IMG/VR virus record: IMGVR_UViG_3300023174_002623
Location: 1-56,216 of that record
Direction: 5' to 3' (one strand)
Length of the DNA stretch: 56,216 nucleotides
From: a virus
Taxonomy: Duplodnaviria > Caudoviricetes
Shown: positions 26,859 through 35,867 of the stretch, piece by piece
Layout: each line of letters begins with the position of its first letter
Position numbering within the stretch: the first letter of the stretch is position 1
Notes under the pieces: generated by a model
What the model was told of the DNA's origin: nothing
The model's input: only the letters and a program-made list of their open reading frames with translations
Databases searched by the model: none
Position numbers and translations under genes: made by a program

Positions 26859-27191
26859 ATGGCAACAACAGTACACGAGGGTACAGAACTGACTCTTATG
26901 GACGATACAAAAATCACAGTGAGACCACTTAAGATCTCATTGCTTCGTCCATTTTTGAAGAAGTTTGAGGGCATTGCAGAGGTGGCAGAAGATAATGATA
27001 AGTCTACAACTATTCTTATCGAATGCGTACAGATTGCTATGAAACAATACAAGCCAGAACTTGCAGAAGATATCAACAAGTTGGAAGAAGTTTTAGACCT
27101 TCCAACGGTATACAAGATTATTGAGGCTGCTTCTGGAATTAAATTGCAAGATGCAAATGCTTTGTTAAACACAGTACTTGCAAATAATTAA
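26859..27191 (+). CDS. Tail assembly chaperone, short G-like form
   Basis: 110 aa, directly upstream of the tape measure gene; PLKI, MKQY.P, LPTVY and GIK shared with the long form. Confidence 0.8.
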   Translation: MATTVHEGTELTLMDDTKITVRPLKISLLRPFLKKFEGIAEVAEDNDKSTTILIECVQIAMKQYKPELAEDINKLEEVLDLPTVYKIIEAASGIKLQDANALLNTVLANN

Positions 27192-27209
27192 ATAGAAGAG
27201 GTGTTGTAG

Positions 27210-30200
27210 ATGAGTGACGTTAATGCCAATATTGGGGTACATATTGATACCTCTGCGGCATTAGCAGAACTCAAAAATTTACAACGCCAGATTTCAACAT
27301 TTCATTCACAAATTTCAAAGTCCAGCGCTACTGCAGCGATGGCACAAAAAAATCTACAGACTAATCTACTTAATGCTGTAAATGCAACTGGTCAATTTCG
27401 TGCACAGATGGGTGTTGTCAGAACATCTACTGAGTCATTTACAAATGCGTTAGAAAAAAATAAACTCTCTATGAGAGACTACTTCCGCTATGCGGGAGGA
27501 GCGTCTAAAACATTTGGAAAGTTATTTAAATCTGAGTTTGACACTATTGGCAAGGTTGCTGAAGAGCGTGTCAAGAAGATGCAGACACAGTACATCAAGA
27601 TGGGTCGTGATGCATCTGGTGCAATGAGAGCAATGTCGATTACGCCAAACACTCTCAATATGAACGACTATGCTACAAAAACAGCATTAGCAGCACAAAA
27701 ACAAGCACTATTTAATCAGTTAGTTAAGCAAGGATCAACAAATCTTTTAAACTTTGGTAAGAATACACAGTGGGCTGGCCGACAGTTAATGGTTGGTTTC
27801 AGCGTACCACTTCTATACATTGGAAGTGCTGCTGGAAAAGTATTTATGGATCTTGAGCAACAGGCTCTTAAGTTTAAGCGTGTCTATGGTGATATGTTTA
27901 CAACAAGTGATCAAACAAATAAAGCACTTAAAGATGTTGAACTGCTGGCAAAAGAATTTACAAAGTATGGTGTTGCAGTTAGCAAGACTATGGAATTGGC
28001 AGCATCTGCTGCTGCAATGGGTAAGACTGGTTCAGAACTTACAGCACAAGTTGCACAGGCAACAAGACTTGCAGTTCTTGGAAATGTTGAACAAGAGCAA
28101 GCACTTGAAACAACAACATCATTAACTAATGCATTTGGTATTGCTGCTGAAGACCTTGCAAAGAAAATTGACTTCCTGAACTCAGTTGAAAACCAGACTG
28201 TAACATCTATTGAAGATTTAACAATTGCAATTCCAAAGGCTGGACCAGTTGTAAAGCAACTTGGTGGAGATGTAGAAGATTTAGCATTCTTCCTTACTGC
28301 AATGAAGGAAGGTGGAATCAATGCATCAGAAGGTGCTAACGCACTTAAGTCTGGCCTTGCATCTTTAATTAACCCAACTAAAAAAGCAGCAGCAATGCTC
28401 AATGGCTATGGTGTTAATATTAAGGCAATTGTTGAGGGCAATCAAGGAGATATTAAGAATACTGTTATTCAATTTGCACAGGCACTAGATACTTTAGCAC
28501 CACTTGATAGATCAAGAGCAATTGAACAACTATTTGGTAAGTTCCAGTTTGCACGTCTATCAACACTGTTTCAAAATATTACAAAAGAAGGAACACAGGC
28601 TAATAGAGTTCTAGAACTTTCTAAAATGGAAGTAGAAGAACTTGCAATCCTTTCTGAGCGAGAATTAAAAACAGTAGAAAATGCTGTAGGAACAAACTTT
28701 AAAGAAGCAATTGAAAGCCTTAAGTTAACAATTGCTCCAATTGGTAAAACATTTTTAGAAGCAGTAACTCCAGTTGTAAAAGCAGTTGCAGGATTGCTTG
28801 AAAAGTTTAATGGTCTTGGAGATGGAACAAAGAAGTTTATAGTAATCGCTTCAACTCTTGTTGGTATTATTGGTCCTACACTTTTGATGGCATTTGGTTT
28901 GGTTGCAAATGGCGCAGCCAATATAATTAAACTATTTTTAGGACTACGTTCAGGATTCTTAAAACTTGGCGGTAACTCTAAGATTCTTGCCGAGCAAACA
29001 AATTATCTTAATTCAGAACAACTTGAGGCTGCAACAGTTGCCACATCTTTAAATCAGGCACATAACAGACTCACACAATCATTTGTACTTGAAGCATCAG
29101 CAGTAAAAGCACTTAGAAATGCCTATGTAGATGCAACAGTCGCTGCTACAAATTTTGCAGCAGCAAACCCAGGAATGATGATGCCAGGATTTAAACCTGG
29201 TGCAAAAGGTGCAAAACCAAAAGGATTTGCATCTGGAACAACTGGATTGCCAGGACCAAAGGGTGCAGGAGATATTATTCCTATTCTTGGTGCTCCTGGA
29301 GAAGCAATTATCCCAGCAGACATTTCACAAGATAAAAGATTTAAGCCTTTAATTGAAGCACTTGTTTCAGGGGATATTAAGGGATATGAAAATGGCACAA
29401 CTGGTCTTTCTTTTGATGGAAAAGAATATAATGCAAAAACTGCACCAGGTGCAAAAAACATTAAATCTTTCTTAGATGAACTTATAAAGAATCCAGATGG
29501 AACACTTACATACGTTGATCCAAAAACTAAAGAAGCCTCAACATTTACAGCAAAAAGATTACGTGAAGTATTTGACTATAGAACACAGCCAGGAAAGAAC
29601 TTCACTGTATCAGATATTAAGCGCTCACTTGATATTGGTTCAGGAGCAAGAGGATCTGGACGTGGAACATCAAGACCAGAGTGGATCTCCAAGTTAGTAA
29701 AAGATGCTGCAGGCAAATCAAATGTTCTTGCAGAACAACAGGCTATAGAAAAAGCACTCAAAGATTCTGGTTCTGCAAACCTTTCACAGTCACAAAAAAA
29801 TAACCTATATGGATTACAGGCATCACACATTGTTGAAGAGCGTGATTCTGCTGGTAAGAAGGTTTGGCGATCAGCAAATATTGTGCCAGATCCAGGGTAT
29901 ATCAATAATTATATTAATACAGTAAAGGGTAAACTTGGTAAAGAACTGTTAGCAATGACAGATGACCAACTTAAGTCTTTGAATATTGACAAAGCAGAGT
30001 TAAAGAAGATTGCATCAGGAACACACCCAACAACAGCAAATGCTGCTAACACATTAAAAAACATTGCACAATATCAAATTGGACAAAATCCAAATGCATC
30101 TGGTATTTATCAGGCACAAGCAGTTGTTGCTGGTATTGATTATAGAATGAAAAATAATGTTTATAAGGGTGGATTAAAAACCCTTGCACAGATGTACCCA

Positions 30201-33200
30201 ACAAATAAAAAGATTCTTGCAGAACTTGCAGTTGCAAAGGGTGAAGTATTAGAAACAGCAACTGGAAAGAAAAAGACTGTAACTGGCCAAACTGGTAAGG
30301 CAAAGCCTGCTGGTAAAAATATAACTGCTAGTCCAAGAGATACACGTGTTATTGATAAGAAGAGCGTAAGAAGAGTATTCCCATATGGAATTAAGGGAAT
30401 GAGAGTTGCTGGTGCTATTGATGGATTTGACGGTACTGCAACTAAGGGTGGTCTAGGATTTGATAGAGGACTTGGAACAACAAGTCAAGAGATATTAAAA
30501 CAAACACGTATACAAGAAAAAGCATTAAAAGAAAATATTGCAGCAACACAAGATGAAACTGCTGCAACAAAGGCTGCAACTACAGAAACAAAAGATAATT
30601 CAAAACAAACAAAGTTATCAAAAGAAAATATTAAGGCTTTTGGAGCAAAAGCAAATGTTGGTGTTGGAGCATTAAGTGGTCTTAATATAGCAGCATCATT
30701 TGCTGGCGGTAAAGTTGGAGAGATGGCACAAAAGATTATGCCATTTATTTTTGGTTTACAGGGAATATTGATGTTACTTCCACTACTAATGAATCCGTTA
30801 ATTGGAATACCTGTTGCTATTGGAGCAATAGTCGCTGGTATTTGGTTATTTAAAAAGAAACAAGATGAGGCAATAAAGGCAGAAGCAAGACTTGTAGATG
30901 AATTATATGCAACAACAAAGAAAATGCAGCAGGTCGGAGAAATATCTGGCAAGGTTGGCGCATCACAACTAATGGCTCGTAAGAGAGAATCTGCAACTGG
31001 AGACTTCAATGTTCAGCGTAAGGGAATTAAATTTGGAAGTGCATTTTTACAAAGCGAAGTAGGAAAAGCAGATGTAGGAGCATTTGAAGCAAGATTTAAG
31101 GCTATGCCAGATATTGCTATGAAAGAGTTTTCTCTTAAGTTAGCAAGTTATGTTTCAGATGGTGTAATAGATGCAGCACAGGCAGCAAGCATTGCAGATC
31201 AAGTTGGTATTCAGTTTAAAAATAAAACAATTGGAATTAAATTACAAGGCCAACTTCAAAAATTATTAACAGTTGATGGAAAAGATTTAACTACAGAGCC
31301 ATTTGAAATTAGAATACAAATTGCACAAGAGACAGTAGATCAGTTTACAAATATTGCGCCAAACTTGCAAGCACAACTAGATTCTGTTGAAAGAGAACTT
31401 AAGAGTGGCAAATTTGATGCAGCCTTGCTACCACCTCCAATATTAGAAACTTCAGTAACATATACACCAGAACAAAATGCAAAAGCCTTGGAAGAATATG
31501 ATAGACAAGTACAGGCTCAGAATGAAGCACTAGATGGTTATAATAAAGCAAAAGAAAAAATAGATGAAATCAATGCTGCGCTAAAGAAATATAACGCATT
31601 TGCTGCAGCAATGGCAAGCCAATCATTTGAAAGTATACAGGCACAAATTGATGCAATTGATGTAAGCACTAGCAAGACTATTGATAAATTAAAAGCAGAC
31701 AAAGCAGCAACAAAAGATTTGGCTGCCCAGGCGCTAATTCAAAAAGAAATAGATAGGCTAGAAACTAAAAAACTTGAGTCAGTTATAAAACTCAGAAATA
31801 TGAATAAGCAGGTAACAAGAGGAATTGAAGAACAACTTGCTTTGGCAGATGCTTATGAAAAAACTGACTTCTTTGTTGCAAGTGCTGAAGCAGTTACAAC
31901 ACGTTTTAAGGGAACAAAACAAGAAACAGATGCAAAGGCATTTTTAGATAGATCAGCAGCCATGGGTGAAACAACCATGAGAGCAAAAATAGAAGCAGTT
32001 GTTTCTTCAGGGCAGTTTGGGCCTAGCCAGGCAACAGAGTTCCTTAATCTGTTTGGAACAGATAATGAAAACTTAGATAAAACATTTAATACTTATTTAA
32101 CAGTACAAGGAATGGAAGATCTAGATAAGGTTCAAACCATTTTAGGTGATTTTGCAGATAAGGATTTAGCAAAAGACATAATTATAAAAATGGGTGGACT
32201 ATCAGATGCAGAATTCCAAGCGCAATATTCAACACTAGAATTATTAAAACAATTTGATGGTGAAGAAATTAACATGGAAATTGCATTAAAAAATAATCCA
32301 ACCCTTCTTTCAGATGTAACAAAATTAAATTCTGCAGTTGAGGCAATTGCTATGACACCAGATACAACATTTAAAACAATAGAAATTGCATTAAAAAATG
32401 TTGTTCTTGAAGGCGAAGATAAAAGTTTTACTGAACAAGGACTTCAGGGCCTATCTGACAATTGGGAATATTATAAAGGATTAGATCCAGAATTAAGAAA
32501 AACTGCAATACAAACATATATCTCTTTGTTTAAAACAATATTTGCAGATGCAGATTCAAGAAAACAATGGGCTGCAAATATTGCAGAGACAGCATCTGCT
32601 GGTATTGCAAATGAGCAGGCTAGAGATCAAATTAGAACCATTACATACAATACAGTAATTGATTCAAAAGGAAACTTTACTGAACAAGGAAAGAAGACCC
32701 TTGTTGAAGATGTTCAAAAGCAGACCGAAGATATTATTGGGTATATGAATATGATTAGCAAGTTAACAAGTGGTAAAGGTGGCGGTGGCGGTACTAACAC
32801 AAGAAATACATTCCTTGATAATATTTTAGATAAAATAAGAAGAGTAAGAGATGCAAGTGCTGACATAGTAGCAAAAGATCCACTAGGAGAACTAAGAAGG
32901 CTTATTGAAAAAGGCAATGGTGAGATAACAATATTTGATGGTTTAGATCAGCAGATATCAAAACTAAAAGCACCACAAGAATTTATTGATTTTATTGCTA
33001 GTCTAGATCCTAAAGGTAAAAAGGGTGCTATTGATGCACTAGAAACATACCTTGATGCTGGAAAACTAAAAGATGGAATTGTTGATTTAACTAAAAATGG
33101 AAAATTACTCTTAGATATATTTAGAGAAGGAGTAATTGGAGATTTTGAAAGTGATTTAAGAAAAGCAACAAATGGTTTAATTGCACAAAAATCACAGTTT

Positions 33201-35228
33201 ATTTTACTTAATGCAATAGTAAAAGATAATGCACTATCAGCAGAAATGCTTGCAGATGCAAATTTTGCCCTAGCATTAAGTTCAGCAAAAACAAAAGAAG
33301 AAGTCAACAGACTTGTTGATGCATTTAAAGCACAGAAAGCAGCACAAGAAGATTTAGCAATGACTCAAAACCCATTAAAATCTTTACAAGATGCATTTTC
33401 TGTTGTAGAAGATAAAATAAATAAATTCTTCTCATTAGCAAATGAAGCAATAGAAGCAAAATTTGCTAGAAGAATACTTGCTGGCGAAAGAGCGGTAGAG
33501 GCTGCTCAAAAAGAAGTTGAAAAAGCACAAGACAATGTGGAAAAAATTCAAAAACACATTGATGGAATTCAAGCAGGAATAGATAAAAAACAAAGAGAAA
33601 TTGAAGAAAAAATTACTCGCCCAATTGAGGAATTCCAAAAAACAATTTCTTCAATTGAAGATACTATTAATACTCAGTTTGATAAGCCTATTGCTGTATT
33701 GCAAGAAGAGTCTTCAGACCTTGCAAATGATTTAACACTTCTTGACCGTGCAGCAGATGAAATTAATAAAAAATATGATGCTCAAGAAGAAGCATTAACT
33801 AAGATTTCTGAAATCAATAAAGATTTAATCGCACAAGAAAAACAAAGAATCTCCCTTGCTGACACATTAACGTCTGGAGATATTTCTGCAGCAGCACAGG
33901 CTGTTCAAGATATGCGTGGAGCAGCAGCAGATTCAGCATCTGGCTCACAGATGGATATGCTAAAGGCAGCAAGACAAAAAGAACTTGACAATCAAAGAAC
34001 TGCATCTGGACTTACAAGAGTTCAAATTGAGCAGCGTCAGTTTGAAATAAGTCAGCAAATATTCAAACTTGAAGAAGGCCGTGAAGTACTTGAAAAACAA
34101 ATTTCAAATATTAAAGAATTTTCTATTCTTCCACTTGAAAGAGAAAGAGAAAGACTTTCAAGACTTATTCGTGACGAAGAAGATAAAATTTATAATATTA
34201 CAAATGGTATTGGTGTCGCTGAGGAACTAAACCTCAAACTTGCTAATGATAAACTTGCTGCTGCACTAGCAACTCTTGATATTAAGAAAGCAGAACTACT
34301 TGCTGTAGAAGAAGAAAGACAAAAAGAATTAGATCACCTTGATGACTTAAAGTTGCAATGGATAGAAGTTAAGGGTGGAATTGCAGCAGCAGAACTTGAA
34401 ACAATTAACTTGCAAGCAGAAATTCAAAAAGCAATAGACTTAGCAGCACAACTTGCAGCATTATTTGCTTCCATGACAATTCCTGGTGGCGGAATTACTC
34501 CTCCAAAAGATCCAAATACATCACCTGAAGCACAAAAAGAAGCAGAAGATGCAGCGAAGGCAGCAACTGATGCAGCAAACGCAGCATCAGCAGAAGCAGA
34601 TGCAGCAACAGCAGCAGCACTAGAAGCAGCAGATGCTGTTGCAGCAGCCCTAGCAGCAGCAGATAAAATTTCTGCAGATCTTGCAGCAAGTAAAGCAAAC
34701 CTTTCTCCAAAGGCAAAAAAGATTTTAGCAGATGCTGCAGCAGCAGAACAAGCAAGACTTGCTGCGCTTGAAAAACAAAGATTGCAGAATGAAGCAAAAG
34801 CAGCAGGGTACGCAAATAGAGGAACACAGACTAACTATTCTTCTGGTGGAATGGTTACTAAATATCTTGCTAGTGGTGGAATGATTTCACCAAGCGTTAT
34901 GCCAAGTTTGGGATTAGACATGGGACCAAGCGTTATGCCAAGTTTGGGATTAAATATGGGACCAAGCGTTATGCCAAGACTAGGATCAGATATAGTACCA
35001 GCAATGCTAACCCCTGGAGAATTTGTAATGAGTAGATACGCTGTTTCTAAGTATGGTCTTGATAAAATGAATGCCATAAATAATGGCTCTTATGCGGGTG
35101 AAACAGTGTATAATTATAATCTAAGCGTTAATGTTAAATCTGGTGCAAATCCAGACGATATTGCAAGAGTGGTAATGACACAGATTAAACAAATAGACTC
35201 ACAAAGAATTAGGACACAAAGAATATAA
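27210..35228 (+). CDS. Tape measure protein (2672 aa)
   Basis: Longest ORF; TP901-like core (AVLGN, EGANALKSGL, IEQLFGK), two hydrophobic segments, long coiled coils, C-terminal DIVPAMLTPGEFV. Confidence 0.93.
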   Translation: MSDVNANIGVHIDTSAALAELKNLQRQISTFHSQISKSSATAAMAQKNLQTNLLNAVNATGQFRAQMGVVRTSTESFTNALEKNKLSMRDYFRYAGGASKTFGKLFKSEFDTIGKVAEERVKKMQTQYIKMGRDASGAMRAMSITPNTLNMNDYATKTALAAQKQALFNQLVKQGSTNLLNFGKNTQWAGRQLMVGFSVPLLYIGSAAGKVFMDLEQQALKFKRVYGDMFTTSDQTNKALKDVELLAKEFTKYGVAVSKTMELAASAAAMGKTGSELTAQVAQATRLAVLGNVEQEQALETTTSLTNAFGIAAEDLAKKIDFLNSVENQTVTSIEDLTIAIPKAGPVVKQLGGDVEDLAFFLTAMKEGGINASEGANALKSGLASLINPTKKAAAMLNGYGVNIKAIVEGNQGDIKNTVIQFAQALDTLAPLDRSRAIEQLFGKFQFARLSTLFQNITKEGTQANRVLELSKMEVEELAILSERELKTVENAVGTNFKEAIESLKLTIAPIGKTFLEAVTPVVKAVAGLLEKFNGLGDGTKKFIVIASTLVGIIGPTLLMAFGLVANGAANIIKLFLGLRSGFLKLGGNSKILAEQTNYLNSEQLEAATVATSLNQAHNRLTQSFVLEASAVKALRNAYVDATVAATNFAAANPGMMMPGFKPGAKGAKPKGFASGTTGLPGPKGAGDIIPILGAPGEAIIPADISQDKRFKPLIEALVSGDIKGYENGTTGLSFDGKEYNAKTAPGAKNIKSFLDELIKNPDGTLTYVDPKTKEASTFTAKRLREVFDYRTQPGKNFTVSDIKRSLDIGSGARGSGRGTSRPEWISKLVKDAAGKSNVLAEQQAIEKALKDSGSANLSQSQKNNLYGLQASHIVEERDSAGKKVWRSANIVPDPGYINNYINTVKGKLGKELLAMTDDQLKSLNIDKAELKKIASGTHPTTANAANTLKNIAQYQIGQNPNASGIYQAQAVVAGIDYRMKNNVYKGGLKTLAQMYPTNKKILAELAVAKGEVLETATGKKKTVTGQTGKAKPAGKNITASPRDTRVIDKKSVRRVFPYGIKGMRVAGAIDGFDGTATKGGLGFDRGLGTTSQEILKQTRIQEKALKENIAATQDETAATKAATTETKDNSKQTKLSKENIKAFGAKANVGVGALSGLNIAASFAGGKVGEMAQKIMPFIFGLQGILMLLPLLMNPLIGIPVAIGAIVAGIWLFKKKQDEAIKAEARLVDELYATTKKMQQVGEISGKVGASQLMARKRESATGDFNVQRKGIKFGSAFLQSEVGKADVGAFEARFKAMPDIAMKEFSLKLASYVSDGVIDAAQAASIADQVGIQFKNKTIGIKLQGQLQKLLTVDGKDLTTEPFEIRIQIAQETVDQFTNIAPNLQAQLDSVERELKSGKFDAALLPPPILETSVTYTPEQNAKALEEYDRQVQAQNEALDGYNKAKEKIDEINAALKKYNAFAAAMASQSFESIQAQIDAIDVSTSKTIDKLKADKAATKDLAAQALIQKEIDRLETKKLESVIKLRNMNKQVTRGIEEQLALADAYEKTDFFVASAEAVTTRFKGTKQETDAKAFLDRSAAMGETTMRAKIEAVVSSGQFGPSQATEFLNLFGTDNENLDKTFNTYLTVQGMEDLDKVQTILGDFADKDLAKDIIIKMGGLSDAEFQAQYSTLELLKQFDGEEINMEIALKNNPTLLSDVTKLNSAVEAIAMTPDTTFKTIEIALKNVVLEGEDKSFTEQGLQGLSDNWEYYKGLDPELRKTAIQTYISLFKTIFADADSRKQWAANIAETASAGIANEQARDQIRTITYNTVIDSKGNFTEQGKKTLVEDVQKQTEDIIGYMNMISKLTSGKGGGGGTNTRNTFLDNILDKIRRVRDASADIVAKDPLGELRRLIEKGNGEITIFDGLDQQISKLKAPQEFIDFIASLDPKGKKGAIDALETYLDAGKLKDGIVDLTKNGKLLLDIFREGVIGDFESDLRKATNGLIAQKSQFILLNAIVKDNALSAEMLADANFALALSSAKTKEEVNRLVDAFKAQKAAQEDLAMTQNPLKSLQDAFSVVEDKINKFFSLANEAIEAKFARRILAGERAVEAAQKEVEKAQDNVEKIQKHIDGIQAGIDKKQREIEEKITRPIEEFQKTISSIEDTINTQFDKPIAVLQEESSDLANDLTLLDRAADEINKKYDAQEEALTKISEINKDLIAQEKQRISLADTLTSGDISAAAQAVQDMRGAAADSASGSQMDMLKAARQKELDNQRTASGLTRVQIEQRQFEISQQIFKLEEGREVLEKQISNIKEFSILPLERERERLSRLIRDEEDKIYNITNGIGVAEELNLKLANDKLAAALATLDIKKAELLAVEEERQKELDHLDDLKLQWIEVKGGIAAAELETINLQAEIQKAIDLAAQLAALFASMTIPGGGITPPKDPNTSPEAQKEAEDAAKAATDAANAASAEADAATAAALEAADAVAAALAAADKISADLAASKANLSPKAKKILADAAAAEQARLAALEKQRLQNEAKAAGYANRGTQTNYSSGGMVTKYLASGGMISPSVMPSLGLDMGPSVMPSLGLNMGPSVMPRLGSDIVPAMLTPGEFVMSRYAVSKYGLDKMNAINNGSYAGETVYNYNLSVNVKSGANPDDIARVVMTQIKQIDSQRIRTQRI
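34889..34978 (+). repeat. 36-nt tandem repeat, 2.5 copies, in the tape measure C-terminus
   Basis: ACCAAGCGTTATGCCAAGTTTGGGATTA(G/A)A(C/T)ATGGG at 34889 and 34925, partial at 34961; encodes PSVMPSLGL(D/N)MG. Confidence 0.9.
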
Positions 35229-35866
35229 TGGCTACAGCAGCGTATATAACGGGTAGAAGGCGCTACCAGAGACCCCAGGCAGTCCTATGGTCAGATAATG
35301 CTGGAACCCTCTCAGAAGGCCTTTACGTGCCAAATGGCTATGAGGTTGGGGCAACGGTACCAGGTGGAACAGACCCAAATTTAATAGATCAATTTTTAAT
35401 ATTATCAGACCATAATCGTGGTGAAATAGATATTAGTACAGAAAGACTTGAGCAAAGACAAAGAACTATTAATGGGCGTATGCGTTCATATCATATTGCA
35501 GATAAATTAAATTTTTCTTGGTCATGGTCCTTGCTTCCATCCCGTGCATTTTATCAAAATGCTGCATTTAATGAAACAACTGGTATTTCTCCATATCAAA
35601 ATAATACACAAGAGTTTACTTCTGATGGCGGTGCTGGCGGAGTAGAGATCCTAGATTGGTATGAAAACCATAAAGGTCCATTTTGGATGTATCTAGCATA
35701 TGATAAATATTCTAATTTTGGAGATGATGATGCAGCATTTGGACACCTTGAACAATATAATCAAATAGTAGAGGTATACTTTGCTGATTTTAATTATTCT
35801 ATTGTAAAGCGTGGTGGAAATAACTTTGACCTCTGGAATATTTCGGTAACACTGGAAGAGGTCTAG
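35228..35866 (+). CDS. Minor tail protein (distal-tail-like)
   Basis: First gene after the tape measure gene, TAATG-coupled; RTINGRMR and WNISVTLEEV pattern. Confidence 0.65.
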   Translation: MATAAYITGRRRYQRPQAVLWSDNAGTLSEGLYVPNGYEVGATVPGGTDPNLIDQFLILSDHNRGEIDISTERLEQRQRTINGRMRSYHIADKLNFSWSWSLLPSRAFYQNAAFNETTGISPYQNNTQEFTSDGGAGGVEILDWYENHKGPFWMYLAYDKYSNFGDDDAAFGHLEQYNQIVEVYFADFNYSIVKRGGNNFDLWNISVTLEEV

Positions 35867-35867
35867 A

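Noticed and set aside
34889-34978. 36-nt repeats as a mini CRISPR array
   Set aside because: The copies are directly adjacent with no spacers and lie in frame in a coding region.
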